Positions 45,718 to 53,532 of a DNA stretch of 58,533 nucleotides are shown here, one piece after another. This DNA is from Candidatus Firestonebacteria bacterium RIFOXYA2_FULL_40_8 (GTDB lineage: Bacteria; Oederibacteriota; D2-FULL-39-29), in NCBI GenBank assembly GCA_001778355.1, contig MFGS01000039.1, positions 1-58,533 on the forward strand, read 5' to 3'. Positions within the stretch are counted from its first letter, which is position 1. Each line of letters begins with the position of its first letter. The translations under genes and the position numbers were made by a program. The notes below the pieces were generated by a model. That model had not been told where the DNA came from. It searched no databases and saw only the letters and a program-made list of their open reading frames with translations.

Positions 45718-46287
45718 ATGCAGAATATATTTGAGAAAAAAACGTTTGAAAATGAAGATTGGTCTAAAAGAAAAATAGCTTCTTTTGATATTTCCAATTG
45801 CGCATTTAGCGGTTGTGATTTTACGGGAGCGGATTTTCTAAACACAAAATTCATTGACTGTGTTTTTACAAGATGTAATTTTTCGAATTCCAAAGTTTCC
45901 GGGTGTAGTTTTCGTAATGTTAGTTTCAGAGAATGCAAGATAATAGGCGTCGTCTTCAGCGAGATAAACAAATTCCTTCTCTCCTGGGAGTTCAGCAAAT
46001 GCACGTTAAACCTCTGTGTTTTTAGTAATCTGGATATCAGAAAGTCAAAATTTACAGAATGCCTGATAAAAGAAACAGATTTTACAGATGTTAATCTGAC
46101 AGAATCCGATTTTTCAAATTCCGACCTGAGAGAAAGCCGATTTGCAAATGTAAACTTAACCGGTTCAAATTTCACCGGCGCCAAAAACTATTTCATAAAT
46201 CCCACAACGAATAAGATAGCCAAAGCCAAATTTTCCTACCCCGAAGTCCTTGCACTGCTAGCCGCTTTTAATATAACTATTAAGTAA
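45718..46287 (+). CDS. Pentapeptide-repeat protein
   Basis: Continuous A(D/N)LXX-type pentads (FSGCDFTGADFLNTKFIDCVFTRCNFSNSKVSGCSF...). Confidence 0.85.
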   Translation: MQNIFEKKTFENEDWSKRKIASFDISNCAFSGCDFTGADFLNTKFIDCVFTRCNFSNSKVSGCSFRNVSFRECKIIGVVFSEINKFLLSWEFSKCTLNLCVFSNLDIRKSKFTECLIKETDFTDVNLTESDFSNSDLRESRFANVNLTGSNFTGAKNYFINPTTNKIAKAKFSYPEVLALLAAFNITIK

Positions 46288-46324
46288 ATGCCAATAAAAG
46301 ACACAAAGAAGAGTTCTAAATTCC

Positions 46325-46353
46325 TTGACTTCATCATCTATAGCCTATATAAT
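46325..46353 (+). promoter_or_regulatory. Promoter TTGACT-17 nt-TATAAT about 300 nt upstream of the giant surface-protein gene
   Basis: TTGACT at 46325-46330 and TATAAT at 46348-46353. This implies a long 5-prime UTR or a separate small transcript. Confidence 0.5.
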
Positions 46354-46651
46354 CCAGTAAGGTGAAACAAATACAATTATATGAAATAAACAGAGGATCT
46401 TTTCAAATCTCTTTCAACTGTTTTCATTTGTTTTAATGTAATTATTCTGCTATGGAAAAGATTGCATAAGTATGGAATCAAATCCATAACAAACAGGGTG
46501 GAAAATTAAGTTATAGAAAATATTATAAATTCGCTTATAATTAAAGGGCTAGTACTGGTAAAATACCTGAAACATGGCATGATGTTTGCTACACTAAAAA
46601 GTAGGTATATTGAAATATGAAAAGATATTTTATCTTTAATTAGAGAGGTAT

Positions 46652-49210
46652 ATGAAAAAAGCGTTATTATTAAACATAATATTTTGGGTTGCTTTATTAG
46701 CTACTAATGTATCTGGATTTGTAGTAACAGGCATTCCTACTATTGGTGGTTATTCACCAAAGGTGGTTGTTGATTCAAACTATATATATATTGCAGGAAT
46801 TTCAGGGTTTAGTACATGGCAGATAGAAAAAAGGGATATAACTACAGGGGCATTAATAAATGGATTTGGAACAAATGGAGTTGTTGATAATGGTGTAAAT
46901 GGATTAGTCATGTCCATGGCAATAGATACTAATTATATATATATTGCTGGCGGGGATGATAATACTACTTGGCGGATAGAGAAAAGAGATAAAATAACAG
47001 GAGCGTTAATTGTGGGATTTGGTACAAATGGAAATTTAGTTTATGTTCCGCATGTTGGTGAAAATGGAATTGCTCGAGATATTTGTCTTGATGCTAATTA
47101 TATATATTTATGCGGAGGCGGCGGGGCCTTTCCGTGGCGGATAGAGAAAAGAGATATTGTTACCGGGGCGTTAATAAATGGATTTGGTACTAGTGGAGGC
47201 ATTGATGAATCTCTTGCCTGGGGACAGGCATCTTCTTTATCAATAGATACTAATTATATCTATATTGTCGGGTGTGACAATCTTGGTGGCGTAGAATGGC
47301 GGATAGAGAAAAGAGATATTGTTACCGGGGCGTTAATAAATGGATTTGGTACTAGTGGTGTTGTTGAAAGTGTTAATGGTGGAGTAGCTAGTTCGGTTAT
47401 TATAGACTCGCTATATGTATATATTATTGGTGATACTAATAACAAAGGCCGGATAGAGAAAAGAAACATTACAACAGGAGCATTGATAAATGCGTTTGGT
47501 TCAAGTGGAATTGTTGAAAGCGAAGCTGTTTCATATATTGGTTTTGCTTCAGGTTCTATTGATTCTAGTTATATTTATGTCGGAGGTATTCATCAAGGAC
47601 CTGGTGTTGGTGAATGGCGGACAGAAAAAAGAGATATTACTACCGGAGCGTTAATAAATGGGTTTGGAACAAATGGGGTTGTGCAAAATGATCCGAGTGA
47701 TAGTGATTCGGAGTTTGTTGGCTCTATAACCGTTGATTTAAATTGTATCTATTTGGCGGGTATTTGCAGATATCCTGATAATTTACAATGGTTGTGGCGT
47801 CTTGAAACGAGAGATATTACTTCTGGTAATTCAAATCCCAATTTGGAAAATGCAAGCGTGAGTCCGAGTTCTGGCGATCCCAATACAAATTTCTTGTTTA
47901 GTGTTAAATATACTGATATAGATAATGATTTGCCATTGAGCGGATGTCCAAAGTTAAGAATAAAAAAAGATGGAAGCGAAATTTTAGGCAGCCCTTTTAA
48001 TATGTCCTCCTCCGGTGTAGATTATAAAAATGGAGTAACTTACACCTGCACGTCTCAGCTTTCTGTTACTGGTGATTATACATATTACTTTGAGGTCAAG
48101 GATATCAATAGCCTTGATGGTGTTGGTAGCGCCGCTCTATCTCAAAATGGCCCACACATTACAAATGCTCCTATTCTATCTTGGACCGGAGAAGAAAACT
48201 ATACCTCCGACGGAATAAATCTCGAAAGCGGTAGTGCAAATACTGCTTTTATTTACAGGGTAAAATATTCTGATATTGATGGCGATGCGCCTTTGGCCGA
48301 GCAACCAAAGGTGCATATCCTAAAAAATAGTTCAGAAATATCGGGAAGTCCTTTTTCTATGAGCCTGGTAAGCGGTAACAGCCTAACCGGTGCCAGTTAC
48401 AGCTATTCAGCTTCATTGCCGGTATCGGGAAACGATTATTCTTACTATTTTGAAGCAAAGGATATTTGGAGCGGTACTGCGACCGGAGTACCAACCTCAA
48501 CCACTAATGGGCCTACAGTATTGGGTAATAATTTAGGCAAAGACTTAGATAATCAGAAATCATATTCTGATGATGGTACTAATACATATATAACTATTCC
48601 TAAAGGTTCATTGATCTCAAATGTAACATTGACTGTTAAGAAGGATGATTCTATTACGGATGGTTTAGCATATAATTTTGAAATGAAAGATATGGCGGGC
48701 AATATTGTTCATGAATTTTTAAAACCTGTTACAATAATTATTAATTATTCAATTACCAATGGAAAGATAACAAATACTAATATTTTAGAACCAGAAGCGG
48801 CAACAAAATTAGCGTTATATTATTTTGATGGTGCAAAATGGCAGCAAATGGCTAGTGCGGTAGATACTTCAACTAAAACTATTTCTGCAACGACATCTCA
48901 TTGTTCATTATATGCGGCCAAAGTGAAAACAAGCTATGGTGATAAAGCATATGCTTATCCAAATCCCTTTACGCCAAATGGTGACGGGGTAAATGATACA
49001 GTTGGCTTTTATTTTGATAATTCAAATAGCGAACAAGCAACAATCACAATATTTAATAAAGAAAATAAACTAGTACGTACGTTGACTGCAATTAATCCTA
49101 TCTGGGATGGAAAAGACGACTCCGGTAGTCTATGCCGGACAGGTATCTATATTTATCAATTGACTGTAGTTGGACAGCAAAAGAGAGGGATAATCTCATT
49201 AGCCAGATAA
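46652..49210 (+). CDS. Giant secreted repeat protein: about 8 delta-60-type repeats, two Ig-like repeat domains, and a T9SS type-B-like (CHU_C / gliding-motility) C-terminal domain
   Basis: Signal peptide. The repeat unit is WRIEKRDITTGALINGFGTNGVV...IDTNYIYI. There are two copies of a (S/T)xFxFxVKYxDIDxDxP...YxYYFEAKD domain. The C-terminus reads YPNPFTPNGDGVNDT...IWDGKDDSG...GIYIYQL. Confidence 0.7.
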   Translation: MKKALLLNIIFWVALLATNVSGFVVTGIPTIGGYSPKVVVDSNYIYIAGISGFSTWQIEKRDITTGALINGFGTNGVVDNGVNGLVMSMAIDTNYIYIAGGDDNTTWRIEKRDKITGALIVGFGTNGNLVYVPHVGENGIARDICLDANYIYLCGGGGAFPWRIEKRDIVTGALINGFGTSGGIDESLAWGQASSLSIDTNYIYIVGCDNLGGVEWRIEKRDIVTGALINGFGTSGVVESVNGGVASSVIIDSLYVYIIGDTNNKGRIEKRNITTGALINAFGSSGIVESEAVSYIGFASGSIDSSYIYVGGIHQGPGVGEWRTEKRDITTGALINGFGTNGVVQNDPSDSDSEFVGSITVDLNCIYLAGICRYPDNLQWLWRLETRDITSGNSNPNLENASVSPSSGDPNTNFLFSVKYTDIDNDLPLSGCPKLRIKKDGSEILGSPFNMSSSGVDYKNGVTYTCTSQLSVTGDYTYYFEVKDINSLDGVGSAALSQNGPHITNAPILSWTGEENYTSDGINLESGSANTAFIYRVKYSDIDGDAPLAEQPKVHILKNSSEISGSPFSMSLVSGNSLTGASYSYSASLPVSGNDYSYYFEAKDIWSGTATGVPTSTTNGPTVLGNNLGKDLDNQKSYSDDGTNTYITIPKGSLISNVTLTVKKDDSITDGLAYNFEMKDMAGNIVHEFLKPVTIIINYSITNGKITNTNILEPEAATKLALYYFDGAKWQQMASAVDTSTKTISATTSHCSLYAAKVKTSYGDKAYAYPNPFTPNGDGVNDTVGFYFDNSNSEQATITIFNKENKLVRTLTAINPIWDGKDDSGSLCRTGIYIYQLTVVGQQKRGIISLAR

Positions 49211-50589
49211 AGAGTTACATATTAGTAATACTGTTTTTAACCGGACTTGTATCGGTAATGTCTGCGTCATTTGAAGATATTCCCGGAGCGAGGCCTATCG
49301 GAATGAGCGGAGCGTTCACAAGCATTGCTGATGATGTAAATGCTTTGTTTTACAACCCTGCGGGTTTAAGTAAGTTGGGGCGGATTGAAGTTACAGGACT
49401 TTACGAACAACAATATGCGGGATTGGGAGAAAATATTTGCTACAGTTACTTTGGCTCTGTTCTTCCGTTGGGAGATTTGGGCAGATTTGGAATAAGTGGT
49501 TCAATGTCCTATACTTCCTTATATCAGGAATATATGGTTGCTCTTTCTTATGGCTTGAAGGTCAGCAAAAGTCCTTCTGTGAGTTTGGGTGTCAACATTA
49601 AATGGCTTTCCAAAACATTTACGCAAAATGAATATACCGCAATAGACCCTTTATTTTTGAATAGTGGGTTAAATATGAATTTCTGGAGTTATGATATTGG
49701 AGGGTTAATAGATATAACGAAACAATCTCGCATTGGGGTAATGCTTATGAACATAAATCAGCCGGTGGATTCTTATGACGGAGATAGATTGCCGCTTAAA
49801 ATAAAAGCAGGGGGGATGTATAATTTCGATATTTTAACTGCTTCAGTTGAAGGAGAATATGGTTTGGCAAGTATTAACGGACATAAAGACCTGAACCTTT
49901 CGGCCGGTATAGAAAAATGGATCTGTGAAAACAACCTGGGACTAAGAGCAGGGATTTCATTTTTAAGATACAGCATAAGATCTATTTCCGTAGGGGCAAC
50001 GTATAAAATTGACGGTTTACAAATTGATTACGCACTTCAATATCCAATATCAGGCATTACCGGGACGCTTGGAAATCATATTGTTCAGTTGACCTATAAG
50101 TTCGGTTCCCCGATAAGCGATGAACCGTTAATAAAAGTTGATGTAAAGCTGCCTGATGGAATGAAGAAGATGGCTATTGCTGTGCTGGATTTAGAAGGGA
50201 AGAATATTTCTTCTGAAACTACTTTGTATGCTTCGGAGCTTTTACGGTCAAAGTTATTTAAAGCGCGGCTTTATGATGTTGTAGAAAGAAATAATATGGA
50301 TAAAATATTAAAAGAGCAATCATTCCAGCTTACAGGTTGTACCAGTTCAGAATGTGCCGTAGAAGTTGGAAAGATACTGAACGCTTATTATGTTGTAATG
50401 GGTAATATCATAAAGCTGGAAAACAGCATTTCTATACAGGTTCGATTTGTAGATGTGGAAAAAGGCAATATTGTAATGGCTGAAGAAACAACTTGCAAGA
50501 ACGAAGATGGTTTAGGAGAAGCAATTTCTGTAATGGTTAACAAAATAAGCGAGCAAATAAATATAACGGGTAAGGATGTTGTGAAATAA
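49132..50589 (+). CDS. Outer-membrane beta-barrel (PorV/PorQ- or PorP/SprF-like) fused to a CsgG/LpoB-like periplasmic domain
   Basis: N-terminal ARPIGMSGAFTSIADDVNALFYNPAGL matches the PorV-like signature. C-terminal AIAVLDLEG...YDVVERNNMDKILKEQSFQLTG...VGKILNAYYVVMGNI...VRFVDVEKGNIV matches the CsgG/LpoB-like pattern. The start is uncertain: the only canonical in-frame ATG overlaps the upstream gene by 79 nt. Confidence 0.45.
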   Translation: MPDRYLYLSIDCSWTAKERDNLISQIKSYILVILFLTGLVSVMSASFEDIPGARPIGMSGAFTSIADDVNALFYNPAGLSKLGRIEVTGLYEQQYAGLGENICYSYFGSVLPLGDLGRFGISGSMSYTSLYQEYMVALSYGLKVSKSPSVSLGVNIKWLSKTFTQNEYTAIDPLFLNSGLNMNFWSYDIGGLIDITKQSRIGVMLMNINQPVDSYDGDRLPLKIKAGGMYNFDILTASVEGEYGLASINGHKDLNLSAGIEKWICENNLGLRAGISFLRYSIRSISVGATYKIDGLQIDYALQYPISGITGTLGNHIVQLTYKFGSPISDEPLIKVDVKLPDGMKKMAIAVLDLEGKNISSETTLYASELLRSKLFKARLYDVVERNNMDKILKEQSFQLTGCTSSECAVEVGKILNAYYVVMGNIIKLENSISIQVRFVDVEKGNIVMAEETTCKNEDGLGEAISVMVNKISEQINITGKDVVK

Positions 50590-50629
50590 GGTAATTAGTT
50601 TCAGAATTTGACCTTCCTGAAGATTCAAC

Positions 50630-50658
50630 TTGAAGAAAACCCTTATAGAGGTTATAAT
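50630..50658 (+). promoter_or_regulatory. Promoter TTGAAG-17 nt-TATAAT for the LolA-like gene
   Basis: TTGAAG at 50630-50635 and TATAAT at 50653-50658. Confidence 0.5.
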
Positions 50659-50804
50659 ACCCGAATAGCGTATTTTAGTAGTCAAAAAGTGAGCCTCTAT
50701 TAAGCCATAGGCTTCTCTTAGAAGAATATATCTAAATACTCATTTCTGCCTGTTCTATTTAAACATGAATAAGAGGAACAATAGCAATTAGCTTAAGGAA
50801 TAAA

Positions 50805-51557
50805 ATGAATAAAATAGTTTTGCTTGCTTTAATAATACTTTCTTCCGTTACTGCTGCTTCCGAGACTTTTGATATTAAAAAAATAGCAGAAAAAGCGAAG
50901 CAGAAGTTTAGTGTTTTTATGAACGATGAAAAAAATATTCAATTTGAATCAATTGAGACCTGGGAAACAAGCCGTATGGTTTATAAGAAAAAAAACGAAA
51001 TATTAATAGAATTGATCACTTCATGTTTAAGCCCGGATTTGAAAACAAAACAGACAATAGGGAAATTGTTTTATGATGAAACTATAGGGAGTAAATTCGT
51101 TGTGAGTAAGGAGCCTCCGATAAAATTTAGTAAAAGTTCTAATGATTTTCCTCTTGGAGGTGGTTTTTACATTGTTTTTAAAGATTGGTGGAATCTTGAT
51201 TTGCGTACCGCGCATGTGGAAAAAATAGAAAGAATCGGATCCAAGGATTGTTATCTTATTAAATTTGATGAATTGGATCAAGTAACAAAAAATTACAGGA
51301 TTTGGGTGGACATGAAGGAATTCTGCATAATTAAAGAAGAAATCAAAAATGGCCTAACAAATAAAAGTGAAGAAACAAAATATACCGATTTTAGAAGAAT
51401 AACTGACACTCGGGAAATGGCATTTGTTATTGAGCATTATTATGACAAGAGGATTGTATATAAGACAAAGATTAATTTAGTTGGAAATTTTAAGAAATTT
51501 CCAGATAATCTATTCAAGGAATTTGATGAATACATAGCTGGAATCAAAAAACAGTAG
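50805..51557 (+). CDS. LolA-like outer-membrane lipoprotein-sorting / carrier-fold protein
   Basis: Signal peptide. About 250 aa, with a beta-rich pattern and a CYLIKF...YRIWVDMKEF segment typical of LolA_like proteins. By-eye call. Confidence 0.4.
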   Translation: MNKIVLLALIILSSVTAASETFDIKKIAEKAKQKFSVFMNDEKNIQFESIETWETSRMVYKKKNEILIELITSCLSPDLKTKQTIGKLFYDETIGSKFVVSKEPPIKFSKSSNDFPLGGGFYIVFKDWWNLDLRTAHVEKIERIGSKDCYLIKFDELDQVTKNYRIWVDMKEFCIIKEEIKNGLTNKSEETKYTDFRRITDTREMAFVIEHYYDKRIVYKTKINLVGNFKKFPDNLFKEFDEYIAGIKKQ

Positions 51558-51897
51558 GAAGGAAAACATCTTCAAGTAATATTTTAAATTATGAAAAGAC
51601 ATGTATAGATCTGCAAATCATTAAAGTAGCAGTCGAAATGAAAACCCTACCATTTGAAAATATCATATGATATAATACAAAAACTGTAAATTGAGCAGCA
51701 GCAGAAGAAGCAAATGAAGAAAAGGAAGTAAAAAACTGAGCAAAGCGAAGTTGTGGCGCATTGGTCGTCATATTCCGTTATGTAGCGAAAGCGAAATGAT
51801 TCAATATTAAGTTCCAATCGGATCAGACGAATGCAGTCAAGTAGAACATTAGAATTCAAGAAATATAGAGTTATAGCAAGTTTACAAGTAAACCCAT

Positions 51898-51974
51898 GGC
51901 GCATTCGTCTATTTGGTTAGGACGCCACCCTCTCAAGGTGGAGATGACGGGTTCGAATCCCGTATGCGCCACCA
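51898..51974 (+). tRNA. tRNA-Glu (anticodon CUC), CCA encoded
   Basis: Manual cloverleaf fold. Acceptor GGCGCAT/ATGCGCC. D stem GTCT/GGAC. Anticodon stem CCACC/GGTGG with loop CTCTCAA (anticodon CTC). T arm ACGGG-TTCGAAT-CCCGT. 3-prime ACCA. Confidence 0.9.
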
Positions 51975-52061
51975 AAATTTGCTGGACAAATTTTGGAGAA
52001 AATCGAGATTTGATGAAATCTTGAATGAAATCTAAAAACCCATCAACTAAAAGGTGCAATC

Positions 52062-52409
52062 TTGACAAAAGGACAGATAGAAGGGCAAATATCGGAAGCT
52101 ATCATTAAATTTGAAAAGGAGTACATGGGGCGGGGACCCGTGGAAACCAGGACTTTTATTATTGAAGACCTTGTTGTGGTCCGCTTAAAGGGAGTGCTTA
52201 CTCCGGCGGAAGAACAGCTTACGAAAACCAAGGACGGGGCTGAGCTGATAAAGAGAACGAGAGCTTTACTTATAGAGGAAGGAAAGACACTACTTTCCGA
52301 AATGATAAACAAGATAACAGGAATAAAAGTTATAAGTTTACATACCGATGTATCCACCAAGACCGGCGAAAGAATAATAGTTTTCACATTAGAAAAAAAG
52401 TTCGAATAA
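52062..52409 (+). CDS. DUF2294 / MpsC-family protein
   Basis: MTKGQIEGQISEAIIKFEKEYMGRGP is the typical DUF2294 N-terminus. TTG start, with AAAGGTG 5 nt upstream. Confidence 0.7.
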   Translation: MTKGQIEGQISEAIIKFEKEYMGRGPVETRTFIIEDLVVVRLKGVLTPAEEQLTKTKDGAELIKRTRALLIEEGKTLLSEMINKITGIKVISLHTDVSTKTGERIIVFTLEKKFE

Positions 52410-52525
52410 TTCAAATTTGAGAACCTAACATTTTTCATCTTTAAATCAGTGGAATCCCGTAGCTTTGTAATCGGTGGAATCAATCCCGAATAGTATATAT
52501 ATCATTCTAAAATTCGGGATATAAA

Positions 52526-52554
52526 TTGACATAGCTGTAAATATTGTGTATAAT
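52526..52554 (+). promoter_or_regulatory. Consensus sigma-70 promoter TTGACA-17 nt-TATAAT upstream of the gamma-CA leader
   Basis: TTGACA at 52526-52531 and TATAAT at 52549-52554. Confidence 0.7.
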
Positions 52555-52599
52555 TACTTTCGGAAGATTTGACGGGTTCCAAAAGGGAAGCCGGATAAT

Positions 52600-52645
52600 A
52601 AGCCAACTAAGCTCAAAAAGAGCGCAGTTGGCTTTTTTGTTTTTT
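52600..52645 (+). terminator. Intrinsic terminator inside the leader between promoter and gamma-CA start
   Basis: Stem GCCAACT / AGTTGGC (52602-52608 / 52626-52632) with an inner GCTC-AAAAA-GAGC, followed by TTTTTTGTTTTTT. Confidence 0.7.
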
Positions 52646-52730
52646 GTCTGCGTATCTTAAAAGAGAAAGAGAGTTTTTCAGTTTAGTGCTTAGAATTTAG
52701 ATCTTAGTTATTATTTTTTATGGGGGTTTT

Positions 52731-53303
52731 ATGAAGACAAAAACAAAGGCAAAGATCGCGTCACCAAAAGTGGCGAAGTCGGCGTACTTAAGCCCGTCAG
52801 CGCTTGTGACGGGGAATGTTCTTATCGGCGGAGATGTTTTTGTCGGACCTCACGCAGTTATCAGAGCCGATGAGCCCGGAAGTAAAGTAAAAATAGAAAA
52901 GGGTTGCAATATTCAAGACGGCGTAATAATTCACGCGCTTAAGAAAACCGCTGTAAACGTGGGGGAGCATAGCTCGCTTACCCACGGCTGTATAATACAC
53001 GGCCCGTGCAGGATCGGCAAAGATGTTTTTATAGGATTCAGGTCCGTTATTTTTGATGCCAACATCGGGAATAATTCAGTCGTTAAAAATATGTGTCATA
53101 TAGAATGTGTGGATATCCCTGCAGGCCGTACAGTTCCCTCTTGCAGTAATGTTGACCTTAACAATGCTTCTTTAATACTTGCCGAGACAAGTACGAAAGA
53201 AAAGAAATTTTCCAGGTCTATTGTGAGAGTGAATAAATATCTGATTAAGGCGTACAAAGGAAAGAAGATAAAAACTGCTAAAACGCACGCGCATCATTAT
53301 TAG
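52731..53303 (+). CDS. Gamma-class carbonic anhydrase family protein (left-handed beta-helix, Cam/CcmM-like)
   Basis: VIRADEPGSKVKIEKGCNIQDGVIIHAL...LTHGCIIHG keeps the three histidines expected for the zinc site. Hexapeptide periodicity throughout. Confidence 0.65.
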   Translation: MKTKTKAKIASPKVAKSAYLSPSALVTGNVLIGGDVFVGPHAVIRADEPGSKVKIEKGCNIQDGVIIHALKKTAVNVGEHSSLTHGCIIHGPCRIGKDVFIGFRSVIFDANIGNNSVVKNMCHIECVDIPAGRTVPSCSNVDLNNASLILAETSTKEKKFSRSIVRVNKYLIKAYKGKKIKTAKTHAHHY

Positions 53304-53450
53304 CAGGCTGCTGGAGAACTAAATAATGGACCTTGAGCAGCCTAATACCTCGCCATTTGGTCTCAAATGGCGGGTAAAATGATCAAAACGGAAGCTGAAA
53401 AAGTGTCAAAAAAGTTTTTCAGCAATCTGTTAAAATGGTTTAACAAAATG

Positions 53451-53479
53451 TTGACAATCCGGTTGATTGCCTGTAAAAT
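53451..53479 (+). promoter_or_regulatory. Promoter TTGACA-17 nt-TAAAAT for pckG
   Basis: TTGACA at 53451-53456 and TAAAAT at 53474-53479. Three hairpins with 8-9 bp stems precede it (53307-53345, 53351-53372, 53391-53420). Confidence 0.6.
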
Positions 53480-53532
53480 ACTTTACCAATACAGCAAAGT
53501 AACGGATTACGACGAAAACGGAGGCAAAAACC

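Noticed and set aside
46800-47800. Diversity-generating retroelement acting on the repeat protein
   Set aside because: No reverse transcriptase gene and no separate template repeat were found. The repeats are tandem coding units, and differences between them are not restricted to adenine positions.
49132-49210. 79-nt overlap between the cargo gene and the barrel gene as a possible frameshift fusion
   Set aside because: Both frames are intact and each product has its own signal-like N-terminus. The overlap is more simply explained by an upstream ATG being the only canonical start. The true start remains uncertain.
52555-52600. Assignment of the gamma-CA leader to guanidine-II (ACGR loops), preQ1 or fluoride riboswitch classes
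   Set aside because: An ACGG tetranucleotide is present but is not closed by the required C-G pairs. The leader lacks the conserved cores of the other classes. It is kept only as an unclassified attenuator candidate.
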